Assembly (NCBI RefSeq): GCF_013365455.1
Contig: NZ_CP046578.1
Span: forward strand, 1-32,000
Length of the DNA stretch: 32,000 nucleotides
DNA from: Wolbachia endosymbiont of Dirofilaria (Dirofilaria) immitis
GTDB taxonomy: Bacteria > Pseudomonadota > Alphaproteobacteria > Rickettsiales > Anaplasmataceae
Direction of reading: 5' to 3'
A model generated the notes under the pieces. The model saw only the letters and a list, made by a program, of their open reading frames with translations. It did no database searches and was not told the origin of the DNA. This document shows positions 9,772 through 20,571 of the stretch, in pieces. Position numbers and translations under genes: made by a program. Numbering within the stretch: the stretch's first letter is position 1; every line of letters starts with the position of its first letter.

Positions 9772-11049
9772 ATGCATGATATAAGATATATTCGAAAGAA
9801 ACCTAAGGAGTTCGAAAAGATGATGAAGGACAGGGGGATTAAAGAGTTTACTGTGAGTGAAATATTAGAAATTGATCATGAGAAAAGATCATTGACTGCT
9901 AAACTGCAAGATTTGAATAGGCAACTTAATGAAATCACAGAAAAAATAAAGAGGCTTAAAATGAGTAAGGATCCTTGTAGAGAGCAGATAGAGTTGTCAA
10001 AGAGTATTGCAAGTGAGATAAAGGTGATTAGCTCAAAGGAACAAATAGAGAAGGACAAGTTAGTGAATATCTTATCTAATTTACCAAATATTCCTATGCA
10101 AGATATACCAATGGGTAAAGATGAGGATTCTAATTTAGAGGTGAGGAAATATGGAGAAAAAAGAAAATTTGATTTTATAGCAAAGCCTCATTATAAGCTT
10201 GGGGAAAGATTGAATTTGATAGATTTTAAACAGGCAACGAAAATTTCTAGATCAAGATTTGCAGTGTTGAAAGGGCAATTAGCCAAACTTGGACGAGCAT
10301 TAGTGAATTTTATGCTTGAAATGCATATTAATGAATTTGGCTATACTGAAGTGTATCACCCAGTTTTAGTGAAGAGTGAAGCGATGTATAATGTTGGCCA
10401 GCTGCCGAAATTTTCTGATGATTCATATTTAACCACTGATGAATTAAGATTAATTCCTACAGGTGAAGTTGTTTTAACAAATTTGGTTGCTGATAGAACA
10501 TTAGGAGAAAAAGAACTACCCATTCGATTTACTGCGTATTCAGAGTGTTTTCGTAAAGAAGCTGGCAGTGCAAGGCGTGACACGAGAGGTATGATAAGAC
10601 AACACCAATTTGGTAAAGTAGAGTTGGTGAGTATCACGACTGAAACCGAATCAAATGAAGAACTTGAGCGTATAACAAGTATTGCTGAAGAGATATTAAA
10701 AAGGTTAGAGTTGCCATATAGAGTAGTGCTGCTGTGTAGTGGTGAAATGGGCTTTGCTGTACAAAAGACTTATGACATAGAAATATGGTTGCCTGGGCAA
10801 AATAAATATAGAGAAATATCAAGTTGTTCAAGTTGTGGTGCATTCCAGGCGAGAAGAATGAACACTAAATATTTTTTAGAAGCTGATAAAAAGGTAAAAA
10901 AATATGTTCATACTTTAAATGGCTCAGCTTTAGCTATAGGGAGGACGATTATTGCCATAATGGAAAACTATCAGAATTTTGATGGGTCGATTGTAATACC
11001 AAACGTGTTGCAAAAATATATGGGTAATGATACTGTTATAGGCAAGTAA
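9772..11049 (+). CDS. serS: seryl-tRNA synthetase
   Basis: MHDIRYIRKKPKEFEKMM N-terminal coiled coil; FRKEAGSARRDTRGMIRQHQFGKVELV; ISSCSSCGAFQARRMNTKY; NGSALAIGRTIIAIMENYQ. Confidence 0.97.
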   Translation: MHDIRYIRKKPKEFEKMMKDRGIKEFTVSEILEIDHEKRSLTAKLQDLNRQLNEITEKIKRLKMSKDPCREQIELSKSIASEIKVISSKEQIEKDKLVNILSNLPNIPMQDIPMGKDEDSNLEVRKYGEKRKFDFIAKPHYKLGERLNLIDFKQATKISRSRFAVLKGQLAKLGRALVNFMLEMHINEFGYTEVYHPVLVKSEAMYNVGQLPKFSDDSYLTTDELRLIPTGEVVLTNLVADRTLGEKELPIRFTAYSECFRKEAGSARRDTRGMIRQHQFGKVELVSITTETESNEELERITSIAEEILKRLELPYRVVLLCSGEMGFAVQKTYDIEIWLPGQNKYREISSCSSCGAFQARRMNTKYFLEADKKVKKYVHTLNGSALAIGRTIIAIMENYQNFDGSIVIPNVLQKYMGNDTVIGK

Positions 11050-11084
11050 TAGTTTAAATATATGGAAAAACGAGGGAATCAAAG

Positions 11085-12356
11085 ATGAAGGTTCTGGTAG
11101 TGGGTTCTGGTGGACGTGAACATGCTTTACTTTGGGCTCTTAAAAAATCTCCTATCTTAACTGAATTATATGTTGCTCCTGGACGTTCAGCTGTGAAAGA
11201 TCTTGGTGTTCTTGTGAATATAAATATAAAAAAAACAATTGATGTTACACGATTTTGCAAAAGAGAAAATATAGAGTTGGTTATCATTGGTCCGGAACAA
11301 CCAATAATTGATGGTCTTGCTAACAACTTAGTTGCGGAGGGAATAAATGTTTTTGCTCCAAGTCAAGCTGCTGCAAAACTTGAAGCATCAAAGTCCTTTA
11401 CTAAGGAGTTGTGTAAACAATATGGTATACCAACTGCTAGATATGAGCATTTTGTTGATGAGGGATTAGCTAAAAACTTTGTACTCAGTAATAAAATAAA
11501 ATTTCCACTTGTGATAAAAGCAAATGGGATTGCGGCAGGGAAAGGTGTTATAATTTGCAATACAAAAAATGAAGCTTTTTCAGCAATAGATTCTATGTTG
11601 GTAGGAAAGAAATTTGGTGAGTCAGGTGAAGAGATAGTTATAGAGGAGTTTTTAGTTGGAGAAGAAGTGAGTTTTTTTGTTCTTGTTGATGGGTTGAAAG
11701 CAGTGACTTTTGGATGTGCAAAGGATTATAAGAGAGCTGGTGAAAATGATGATAGTCAGAACACTGGAGGTATGGGGTCGTACTCATCACCTTCAATTAT
11801 AAGTAAGGATATGGAAAAAAAAATTATCCAAAGGATAATATATCCTACAGTTCAAGCGCTGACTAATATGGGAACCCCTTATCGGGGAGTGCTTTTTGCT
11901 GGCTTAATGATTTGTAAAGATGACCCAAAACTTCTTGAGTATAATGTTAGATTTGGTGATCCAGAAATACAATCTATTTTACCTAGGTTTGACAAAAATT
12001 GTGATTTGTTAAAATTGATGTTATCGGTTGCAGAAGGAAAATTAAGTGCCAAAGTGGTGAAACTAACCAGTAAAGCTATAGTTTGTGTAGTTGTTGCAAG
12101 TAAAGGTTATCCAGGTAATTACCAGATAGGAGAGGTGATTAAAGGGTTGGATAAGATTGAGAGTATTCCTGGTATATTAGTATTTCATGCTGGCACTAAG
12201 TTGGATGAAAACGGTAATTGGATTTCTGATGGCGGAAGAGTATTGAATATAGTGGGAGAGGGAGACACTTTAGAGGAGGCTAGAAGTAAAGTGTATTCAG
12301 CGTTAAATTTTCTGCAGTGGCCAGGAGGATTCTTCAGGTATGATATTGGTAGTTAG
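11085..12356 (+). CDS. purD: phosphoribosylamine--glycine ligase
   Basis: MKVLVVGSGGREHALLWAL, VIKANGIAAGKGVI, QNTGGMGSYS, FNVRFGDPEIQ-type motif (YNVRFGDPEIQSILPR). Confidence 0.97.
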   Translation: MKVLVVGSGGREHALLWALKKSPILTELYVAPGRSAVKDLGVLVNINIKKTIDVTRFCKRENIELVIIGPEQPIIDGLANNLVAEGINVFAPSQAAAKLEASKSFTKELCKQYGIPTARYEHFVDEGLAKNFVLSNKIKFPLVIKANGIAAGKGVIICNTKNEAFSAIDSMLVGKKFGESGEEIVIEEFLVGEEVSFFVLVDGLKAVTFGCAKDYKRAGENDDSQNTGGMGSYSSPSIISKDMEKKIIQRIIYPTVQALTNMGTPYRGVLFAGLMICKDDPKLLEYNVRFGDPEIQSILPRFDKNCDLLKLMLSVAEGKLSAKVVKLTSKAIVCVVVASKGYPGNYQIGEVIKGLDKIESIPGILVFHAGTKLDENGNWISDGGRVLNIVGEGDTLEEARSKVYSALNFLQWPGGFFRYDIGS

Positions 12357-12690
12357 TGTATTTATGTATGAAAGTTAGGAATTGAAGATCATTTTTCTTA
12401 AGTTTGTTTTAGTGTGCTAGATATTGGTATGAAAGTGGCAGTAAGATTAAGAAATTTGTAAAAAATATCTAAAAACTTTGTTCGATTTATGGAACTTTCT
12501 TGATAATTTATAGAGGTATATGTTTAGTAGAATAGAAAAATGTGTAGATAAAAAGAAGCGAAAAAAATTAAAGATAAAGTTGTGATCTATGTACTGTATA
12601 TAGGGCATTAAATAATGTGGAGTAATGAGCTGCTGGTTAGATACATCCGGATAAGCTTAAAAGATGATTAAGAATGAGCATTGAAGTACA

Positions 12691-12719
12691 AAAGAAGAGC
12701 ACTGCTAGTGCTTTTCTTT
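12691..12719. terminator. strong hairpin AAAGAAGAGCACT-GCT-AGTGCTTTTCTTT; possible bidirectional intrinsic terminator
   Basis: 13-bp stem with a single G.U wobble and a 3-nt loop, A-rich left arm and T-rich right arm, in the purD-guaA gap. Confidence 0.55.
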
Positions 12720-12858
12720 AGCTATTTAGAGAAAATGCTTGTGTGAAATTGCTCTAAAAGTGGTTAAAATATAAAATTAAAGTTAAAAAAAAAGTGAAAA
12801 AAAGTTTATAAATAACTGGACTAAAAAAAATGACTGAGGTCTAAATCTTTATATATAG

Positions 12859-13104
12859 CATGTACAAGCATTGGTTAGTGATGAAAGTTATGGTGGTTAT
12901 GATAAACTTAAAGTATACTAACTTGAGAGGAGGATTGAGAAGGTTAAACTAACTATTATGCAGAGTCTATTAGCTCAAGGTAAATTGAGGAGCTAGCCTG
13001 CACTATATATTAAAGCTTTAGAGGAGCTTAGTTTACTTACTCTATTATTTTCTTTATTATCAAATATTGCTTTGAATAATATGGAGGTGGTAAGTTGTCA
13101 GTAA
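12859..13104 (+). pseudogene. remnant of an unidentified coding sequence ending over the guaA start
   Basis: One frame reads [79 protein letters not shown], with two internal stops but otherwise protein-like. Confidence 0.4.
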
Positions 13105-14657
13105 TTGCTATTATTGATTTTGGTTCACAGTTTACACAGCTTATCGCAAAACAAATCAGAAAAATGGGTGTTTATTGTGAGATATTTTCAAGTAACATCG
13201 ATTTTAGAGAAATGTCGAAATACAGTGGGTTTATTTTCTCTGGAGGACCGCAATCTGTAAATGATAATTATTCTGGGGTAAGTGAGGTAGCATATAAGAT
13301 TATAAAATTTAATGAGACAACAAATGTTCCTATACTTGGGATATGTTATGGACAACAGCTTATTTGTCATTATTTTGGGGCAAGAGTAAGAAGGGAATTC
13401 AAACAGGAGTTTGGTAAAGTTAAGGTGAAAATATTAAAAGAGTCTCCCATTATAAAAGATGCGTGGGATATTAATTCCGAAGTGGATGTGTTAATGAATC
13501 ACATAGACAGTGTTGAAACTGTGCCGAAAGGATTTACTGTTATTGCATCAGGTATAGTAAATCAAACAATTGCAATAATTGTTAACGAACAACGTAAGAT
13601 ATACTGTACTCAGTTTCATCCTGAGGTTAGGCCTACGATGAATGGTAGCAAGTTACTCTCTAATTTCTTGGATATTACAAATTGTAAAAGAGACTGGATG
13701 GTGAAATCACTTGTTGAAAAACAGAAGAGAAGAATCAAGAATTTAGTGGGGGAGAAAAAAGTAGTTGCTGCGGTGAGTGGTGGAGTTGATTCAAGTGTTG
13801 CAGCAACTCTCATGTATAAAGCTATAGGGAAACAATTAAATTGTATTTTTATTGATACTGGATTGTTAAATAAGAGCCAGGCCGTTGCTATGTTAGAGGG
13901 AATTCCGGTAAACTATGTTAATAAATCAAAGTTATTTTTAAGTAAATTGAAGGGAATAACTAATCCGGAAGAAAAGCGAAAAATTGTTGGTAGCACTTTT
14001 ATTGAGGTATTAGAAGAAGAAGCAAAAAAAATAGGTAATGTTGATTTTTTAATGCAAGGTACCATCTATTCTGATGTAATTGAGTCGGGACATTCTTCAG
14101 GGCATGCTAGTATAATTAAATCTCATCATAATGTTGGTGGGTTACCAGAAAAGATGAATCTAAAATTGGTAGAACCTCTACGTTACCTATTTAAAGATGA
14201 GGTAAGAATGCTTGGAAAAGAAATTGGTCTTTCAGATAGAATAATATTTCAACATCCGTTTCCTGGACCTGGGCTTGCAGTGAGGATTATAGGTGAAGTT
14301 GATGAGGAAAAGGTACGGATATTACAAGAAGTGGATGAAATATATATTAATACGATGAGAAATTACGATTTATATAATCAGATATGGCAAGCTTTTACTG
14401 TGCTGCTACCAATAAGAACTGTAGGTGTCATGGGTGATAATCGTACATATGGGTATGTTTGTGTTTTAAGGGCTGTAACATCTTCTGATGGTATGACAGC
14501 TGATGTGTTTCCATTTGAAGATAAAAGTCAGTGTTCATCAATATTTTGGAGTTTTTTACAGAATGTCAGCAACGTAATTGTTAACAGCGTTTCCGGAGTG
14601 AATAGAGTTGTCTATGACCTGACTTCTAAACCACCAGCAACTATTGAGTGGGAATAA
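13095..14657 (+). CDS. guaA: GMP synthase (glutamine-hydrolysing), TTG start
   Basis: [63 protein letters not shown]-terminus; GGAGG about 8 nt before TTG 13095. Confidence 0.97.
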   Translation: MSVIAIIDFGSQFTQLIAKQIRKMGVYCEIFSSNIDFREMSKYSGFIFSGGPQSVNDNYSGVSEVAYKIIKFNETTNVPILGICYGQQLICHYFGARVRREFKQEFGKVKVKILKESPIIKDAWDINSEVDVLMNHIDSVETVPKGFTVIASGIVNQTIAIIVNEQRKIYCTQFHPEVRPTMNGSKLLSNFLDITNCKRDWMVKSLVEKQKRRIKNLVGEKKVVAAVSGGVDSSVAATLMYKAIGKQLNCIFIDTGLLNKSQAVAMLEGIPVNYVNKSKLFLSKLKGITNPEEKRKIVGSTFIEVLEEEAKKIGNVDFLMQGTIYSDVIESGHSSGHASIIKSHHNVGGLPEKMNLKLVEPLRYLFKDEVRMLGKEIGLSDRIIFQHPFPGPGLAVRIIGEVDEEKVRILQEVDEIYINTMRNYDLYNQIWQAFTVLLPIRTVGVMGDNRTYGYVCVLRAVTSSDGMTADVFPFEDKSQCSSIFWSFLQNVSNVIVNSVSGVNRVVYDLTSKPPATIEWE

Positions 14658-15375
14658 ACCTGGAGCTATTTTTTTTCTTTATACAGTGCACTTTCCTTTT
14701 TATACTATTTATAACTTCTATAAGCAATGCAAATGTTAATGAAGAGTATAAATATCCTTTTGGTAATTCTGTATTAAGCCCTTCAAATATTAGGTACACA
14801 CCAACGAGTAAAATAAATAGGATGGCAATTGTTTTTAGACTTGCACTAGATTCAATCAGCTTAGCAGTGTGACTAGATAAAAATATCATTGCTAGTATAG
14901 AAAACGCACACGCTATAACAATTATAGTTATGTTGTAAGTTAGTACTATAGCAGTTAATAGAGAATCAATTGAAAAAATTAGGTCTATTAATGTAATTTG
15001 TAATATAACTAAAAACGGTTGCGATTTAATATCTGTTTTTTTTTCAGATTGCTTACATAAAAAGATGTTGTTCCATAACTCTATGATACTTTTAATAATA
15101 AGAAATAATCCTCCTGCTATCATAAGTAGATCTTTTATTGAAAAATTTAGCGATGCAGCATGAAATATAGGTTTTTGCATTGATAACATGTATGATGTAA
15201 AAAATAGTGTCAAAAGACGTATTAACAGTGCTAGTCCAAGACCTGCAAGACGTACTCTTTTTTTTAGTGTATTTGATATCTTATCTAGAGCTAAAGAAAT
15301 AAAGATCAAATTATCTATGTTAAGTATAGTTTCAAGTAATGTAAGTATTAGTAAAGTTTGAGCTTCGACTAGCAT
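14641..15375 (-). CDS. TerC-family integral membrane protein; 3' end overlaps guaA by 17 bp
   Basis: 244 aa, multi-TM; [17 protein letters not shown] and [14 protein letters not shown] are TerC-type repeats. Confidence 0.85.
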   Translation of the reverse strand: MLVEAQTLLILTLLETILNIDNLIFISLALDKISNTLKKRVRLAGLGLALLIRLLTLFFTSYMLSMQKPIFHAASLNFSIKDLLMIAGGLFLIIKSIIELWNNIFLCKQSEKKTDIKSQPFLVILQITLIDLIFSIDSLLTAIVLTYNITIIVIACAFSILAMIFLSSHTAKLIESSASLKTIAILFILLVGVYLIFEGLNTELPKGYLYSSLTFALLIEVINSIKRKVHCIKKKNSSRFIPTQ

Positions 15376-15635
15376 TTTAGTTTCTGGTTCAGCTACTTTA
15401 TTCTACAGTAGATATATGAAAATTTGGTGACTTTGTTTGAACTAAGCAGAGGTTAGTGTAAGTCATGGTGCACTTGCTACTTATAGCCTTGGTTATTAAT
15501 ATGTTGTAGTGAATAACTATTTGTTAATGAATTTAAATTTTCTTTCTACTTAAATTAGATTATCTGTGATACATAAATTTATAGGGGTTATTTATTATCT
15601 TTCCTTAGGAACTCACTTGAGTTATGCTGTAAATC

Positions 15636-16160
15636 ATGAATCTTAAGCAAAAAATTAAGTTTTTTTCTCTATCATTTGTAATTTTGTTTTCCCTATGGAC
15701 TATATTATCTGGTTATTTTGAGCTGTTTTTTGTTCTTTGTGGGGTATTTTCTTCTGTATTTACATTGTTTATCTTTAAACGATTAATAAATGTTGAAAGT
15801 ACTTTTAGTCAGATCTTAAGTAATACAAGTAAGTTGTCGTTTTATAAGTTACTGGTAAATTATATACCGTGGTTAGTATATCAGATTATTTTATCGAGCA
15901 TTTATGTAATAAAGAAGGTTTTTCAAACTGAACTTAAGCTCAAACCAATTGTCATCATAAAGAAGTATAAAGGACATGATGATAAAAGTATCACATTATT
16001 TGCGAATTCAGTCACGATCACTCCTGGTACTTTAACTATTGATGTTGCGAGAAAACAGCAAACATACCTGTCTACTATATGCTTGATAGATGAAAGCCTT
16101 GAGAGTGACGTTTCTAAAATAGAAAACGAGGTTTTAAAGATACTAAATTTGACTAAATAG
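15636..16160 (+). CDS. Na+/H+ antiporter subunit E (MrpE/MnhE)-like
   Basis: 174 aa; N-terminal LWTILSGYFELFFVLCGV, IPWLVYQIILSSIYVIKKV, FANSVTITPGTLTIDV signature. Confidence 0.85.
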   Translation: MNLKQKIKFFSLSFVILFSLWTILSGYFELFFVLCGVFSSVFTLFIFKRLINVESTFSQILSNTSKLSFYKLLVNYIPWLVYQIILSSIYVIKKVFQTELKLKPIVIIKKYKGHDDKSITLFANSVTITPGTLTIDVARKQQTYLSTICLIDESLESDVSKIENEVLKILNLTK

Positions 16161-16845
16161 TTGCTGAATAAAGAGCAGCATCCTTATATTCTCTCACTAG
16201 GACTTTCAAGTATTTCTTTTAGAAGGGACTATTGTTAATGACAAAGTATAAGTAATTGTAAAAATCTTTTAGCCTTAACATGTTGTTTTTATAGTTTTAA
16301 TAGTAATAGCCTTGTTTAAGAGTATATTTCACTAGCCATGTTTACTCTTGTTAGTGATAATATTAGTTTCAGGTTTATTGTTATATAAAGACCCTGGATG
16401 GCCCTGGACTATTCTGGTGATATAGAAAATTTCTGCTTTTGATAAGCAGTGATCAGCATGTTTAATAATTTTTTCTTTCTTCTATTGAGTAATCTAGGGT
16501 TTGCTTATTTTTATGTTTATGACTTGTTTATTCAATTTTCTCTGTTCAACTATAGTAAATAGATTATACTAGTACTTTGTTAAATAAATAATAATATGAC
16601 ACAAATGTGTACTATGTTAGTGTATTTTATATTAATGACTTAATAAGCATTATTGCTGATTTTGCTGTACACATGATGATTTTATTCTGTTTGACAGAGC
16701 GTAAAAACATAAAGTCTGTGGTTCATCTATAACAGAGAAAATTTATTAGAATAATATTTTCTATTTTGTATAAAATGGGTGTTTTCATTGTTAGCTATTT
16801 TGTTAACATTAGTTCTTACATAAGTTTTAAATTGACTGTATTGCA

Positions 16846-17418
16846 GTGAGGAAGATAAAGCTCGGAGTACTGATTTCAGGTAGGGGGTCAAACATGCAGG
16901 CCCTGATAAAGGCAGGCCAAGATCATGATTTTCCTGCAGAAGTTGTATGTGTTATCACAAATGATAATAAGGCAGCTGGCTTAAAGATAGCAAAGCAAGC
17001 AGAAATCTCAGCATTTGTTGTTGAGAATAATCCACTTGATGCTGATAAAATTCATGAAATACTTGTGCAACATAAAGTTCATTTAGTTTGCCTTGCAGGG
17101 TTTATGAGGATTCTAAAACCAGACTTTCTAGCTAAATGGCATAACAAGGTTGTAAATATTCATCCTTCTTTGCTTCCGTCTTTTAAAGGTTTAAGTGCTC
17201 AAGAGCAAGCTCTAAAGGCAGGTGTCAAAATTACAGGTTGTACTGTACATTATGTTACTCCTGAGGTTGATGCTGGAACTATAATAGCCCAAACTGCTGT
17301 ACCAGTGTTGCCGAATGACGATATTCAAAGTCTTTCAGAACGCATTCTAATTGAAGAGCATAAGTGTTACGTGGAAGCAGTGAGGTTAATAGCGGAAAAT
17401 ATTAATCATTCATCTTAG
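16846..17418 (+). CDS. purN: phosphoribosylglycinamide formyltransferase, GTG start
   Basis: LISGRGSNMQALI, LAGFMRILKPDFL, NIHPSLLPSFKGLSAQEQAL, GCTVHYVTPEVDAGTIIAQ. Confidence 0.96.
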   Translation: MRKIKLGVLISGRGSNMQALIKAGQDHDFPAEVVCVITNDNKAAGLKIAKQAEISAFVVENNPLDADKIHEILVQHKVHLVCLAGFMRILKPDFLAKWHNKVVNIHPSLLPSFKGLSAQEQALKAGVKITGCTVHYVTPEVDAGTIIAQTAVPVLPNDDIQSLSERILIEEHKCYVEAVRLIAENINHSS

Positions 17419-18734
17419 ATACTTCTTCCAACTTTAACAAAAAACAAATTTTCAGGATCCAGCAAAGAGCTTGCTAACTTGTTTACTTCTTCTAATTTAA
17501 TATTATTAATGATATTTGCATAATTGTTTATGTGATTGACATCTCTATTATTTATTTGCATGTCATTGAGCAACATTGCTGTATTTGTATTATTGGATAG
17601 GGAAAAGACTAGGTTATTTATTAGGCTGTTTTTTACATCCTTGAATAATTGCTCATTAATTCCTTCTTTTTTTACCCTGCTCAGTGTGTTTTTCACTGTT
17701 GATATAGCTTTGTTAGCAGTAGAGTTATCAGTACTCATAAATCCAATTATAGTATTTCCATGTTTATTGGAAATAATGCTCATGTTAATACTGTAGGTAA
17801 TACCTAGGTTTTGCCTTAACTTTTTCATCATTACTGAATTCAACTCCATGCCGCCAAGAGCATTAATTAAGACAACAGCGTTATGATAATTAGGATCTTC
17901 ATAAGTTATGCCTTTTTGAGCGAAAAGTATTATACTCTGTGGTATATTTATAAAAATGATCTTACTTTTTGCAGGTCCAAAATCATTTTTTATAGGTATT
18001 TTTCTAACTTTTGATCTTTTTGGTGGTAGCTTAGATAAATATTTATCTAATAATATGCTAATTTCTTCTTTTGTTGTACAACCAACAACACTAATAACTA
18101 TGTTGTCTCTTGCGAAATTATGTTTTATGTATGTTAGGACATCGTCTCTGGTAATGCTCATTATAGTGTCAAAAGTTCCGTATTCGCTGTTTGAGTAAGG
18201 GTGCTTTTTAAACAGCAGCATATTTAATTTCTTAGTAGCGATAAAATAAGGGTTTTTTTCTAGGTTATTAAAATTAACTTTAGCTTTTTCAAAAATTCTA
18301 TTTAACCCTTCAGGATTAACTTTAGGACGCATTATAGCGTCGCTTAGTAGCGAGATTGCGTCTTCTAAATTTTCAGATAAGGTATTTAATGAAACTCTAA
18401 ATGCTTCTAGACTAGTGCTAAAGCTTAGACTTATTCCTTTATTTTCAAGCTTTTTTGCAAAACTTTTGGAGTCATTTTTTCCTGCTCCTTCTTGAATCAC
18501 GAGAGAAGTAAACCAAGTGAGTCCCTGTTTTTCTATATTCTCATATGCATAGCCTGCATCTTTAAATGATATATTTAATGAAACCTTTGGTAGATCATAA
18601 TTTTTAACAAATAAAAACTTAAGTCCTTTATAAGTAGTAACCTCTTCTATGTTGAGGCTGCTACTTGCTTGTAAGTTAGAGCCTAAAAAGAAAAAAAGTA
18701 GAAATATAAGTTTACTTGTTTTCATTATTACCAC
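17415..18734 (-). CDS. M16-family peptidase-like protein without the HxxEH zinc motif (predicted inactive partner)
   Basis: Signal-like N-terminus; M16 architecture; region equivalent to HxxEH reads GLTWFTSLVIQEGAG. Confidence 0.85.
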   Translation of the reverse strand: MVIMKTSKLIFLLFFFLGSNLQASSSLNIEEVTTYKGLKFLFVKNYDLPKVSLNISFKDAGYAYENIEKQGLTWFTSLVIQEGAGKNDSKSFAKKLENKGISLSFSTSLEAFRVSLNTLSENLEDAISLLSDAIMRPKVNPEGLNRIFEKAKVNFNNLEKNPYFIATKKLNMLLFKKHPYSNSEYGTFDTIMSITRDDVLTYIKHNFARDNIVISVVGCTTKEEISILLDKYLSKLPPKRSKVRKIPIKNDFGPAKSKIIFINIPQSIILFAQKGITYEDPNYHNAVVLINALGGMELNSVMMKKLRQNLGITYSINMSIISNKHGNTIIGFMSTDNSTANKAISTVKNTLSRVKKEGINEQLFKDVKNSLINNLVFSLSNNTNTAMLLNDMQINNRDVNHINNYANIINNIKLEEVNKLASSLLDPENLFFVKVGRSI

Positions 18735-20052
18735 CTTTTGGTAACAAACGACCGATTAACTTATCAGTAGAAAAGATAGTACGAATTTTACTATTTACGT
18801 TGTCTAAATCAACGTCGTTAATCTTGTTATATGAAATATCTATTTCATTGAGTGGAATACCAAGTGCTAGACGTGGTATATAAAATATTGCTATGTTAGT
18901 TAAGTCAGATAGCTTATCAAGTTGTTCCGTTTTGTATTTAAACTTTGCACTTTGTAACTCCTCACTTGTTATTCCTTCAGAAGTGAAATTGTTGATAGCA
19001 TTATCTAGTTCTCTTTCAATAATATCTAACTTCATCCCGCTTTTTGGAACTATTTCAATATCAATATAGCCATCACTAAGAGCTAAACTATTATAGTATG
19101 CATTTGCTGAAACTGCGATACCTTTATCTAGAACTAGGTCTTCATATAGCTTGCTAGACTTACCACCCCCTAAAATGTTGACTGCTAAATCAACAGCAAA
19201 GGTTTCATCTGTGTGCTTAAATAGAGGAACACGGTAGCGGAAATATAAAACAGGTTCTTTTACTTCAGTGCTTTTTAAAGTTACTGATAAATTTGCATTG
19301 TGTGTTGGATCTTGATTCGGGTAATGTCTAATTACAGGCTTAGCTTTAATTTTCCCATATTTTTCTTCTGCTAATCTTACTACTTCATTGAATTCTACAT
19401 CCCCAATAACTATCAGTATTGCATTATTTGGTTGATAATAGTTGTTATGAAATCTTATTATGTCATCTTGATTGTAAGTTTTAATATCACTTTCCCAACC
19501 AATGACAGATCTTCCATAGCCAGTACGATAAAATGCACTGTTCATTTCTTCCCATAGTAGATTATTAGGATGGTTATCGAATCTCATCTTCCTTTCTTCT
19601 AACACAATATTTTTTTCTCTATCTATTTTGTCTTGAGTAACATTAAAATTACCCATTCTATCTGCTTCAACTTCCATTACTAATGGTAAGTCTTTTTTGA
19701 GAGCTAATTCGTAGTAACAGGTATATTCCCTAGTAGTAAATGCATTGAATTGTGCTCCAATGCTGCCCATAATTGATTTTATGTCTTTAAATTTTCCTGT
19801 AGTTTCAAACATTAAATGTTCAAGATAGTGAGCCAACCCTGCTTTGCCAATCGGATCATCCATTCCTCCAACTTTATATATTACTGCATGTAAAACAGCT
19901 GGAATTCGGTGATGAGATATGACATAGATATCTAATTTATTATTAAGTCTAGCATACTTTATATTATATTCTGTACTTGTAGTTTTCAAAGGGATTAAAC
20001 AAGTAAAAAAAAATATAGATGACATAAAGAAGTTAAAAAATTTGTGAAGCAT
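18712..20052 (-). CDS. M16-family zinc peptidase (active-type)
   Basis: GLAHYLEHLMFETT contains HxxEH; GVIGWESDI-like GRSVIGWESDIKTY and FRYRVPLFKHTDE regions; overlaps the next gene by 23 bp. Confidence 0.92.
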   Translation of the reverse strand: MLHKFFNFFMSSIFFFTCLIPLKTTSTEYNIKYARLNNKLDIYVISHHRIPAVLHAVIYKVGGMDDPIGKAGLAHYLEHLMFETTGKFKDIKSIMGSIGAQFNAFTTREYTCYYELALKKDLPLVMEVEADRMGNFNVTQDKIDREKNIVLEERKMRFDNHPNNLLWEEMNSAFYRTGYGRSVIGWESDIKTYNQDDIIRFHNNYYQPNNAILIVIGDVEFNEVVRLAEEKYGKIKAKPVIRHYPNQDPTHNANLSVTLKSTEVKEPVLYFRYRVPLFKHTDETFAVDLAVNILGGGKSSKLYEDLVLDKGIAVSANAYYNSLALSDGYIDIEIVPKSGMKLDIIERELDNAINNFTSEGITSEELQSAKFKYKTEQLDKLSDLTNIAIFYIPRLALGIPLNEIDISYNKINDVDLDNVNSKIRTIFSTDKLIGRLLPKGGNNENK

Positions 20053-20091
20053 TACTCTAAGCCTAATATAGTTGAACCTAAAACTATAACT

Positions 20092-20571
20092 TTACCTTTC
20101 TTTATTCTGCTTTGGAATAAGCTTATCATGTATGTACCATCTATATAGCAATATAAACATTCCACAAGCTATATATATATCTGCTAAGTTAAAAGCTGGC
20201 CAGTACCAATTGCCAGTATGAAAATATATAAAATCATATACAGCTCCCCAATAGATCCTATCAGCTACATTTCCAATTGCTCCACCAACCATAAGGGAAA
20301 AACTGAAATAAGTTAGTTTATCATTAGACTTATGTATCAAATATATAAGTATACTAATTATTATTATTGAAAATGTTGAAAAAAAAAGGTTACTATGCGG
20401 TAAAGTGCTAAACATTCCAAAACTAATCCCTGTATTCCATACTTCAACTAGTTTTATAAAGCTAGAAACTTCAATTGACTCTCCCTTATTAATCAATGAA
20501 TTTGTGTACAGTTTGCTAATCTGATCAGCTGATACCATGATTAGTATGGCAATTAAGCATAATTTTTTCAT
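20092..20571 (-). CDS. lspA: lipoprotein signal peptidase (signal peptidase II)
   Basis: SADQISKLY, VWNTGISFGMF, GGAIGNVADRIYWGAVYDFI and FNLADIYI catalytic-Asp motifs. Confidence 0.95.
   Translation of the reverse strand: MKKLCLIAILIMVSADQISKLYTNSLINKGESIEVSSFIKLVEVWNTGISFGMFSTLPHSNLFFSTFSIIIISILIYLIHKSNDKLTYFSFSLMVGGAIGNVADRIYWGAVYDFIYFHTGNWYWPAFNLADIYIACGMFILLYRWYIHDKLIPKQNKER

Noticed and set aside
10356-10843. 93-aa and 69-aa minus ORFs inside serS
   Set aside because: Shadow ORFs antisense to strongly conserved serS coding sequence.
16391-16409. ACCCTGGATGGCCCTGGAC as a repeat or transposon end
   Set aside because: Contains two short CCCTGGA copies only; no second copy or terminal inverted repeat seen in the window.
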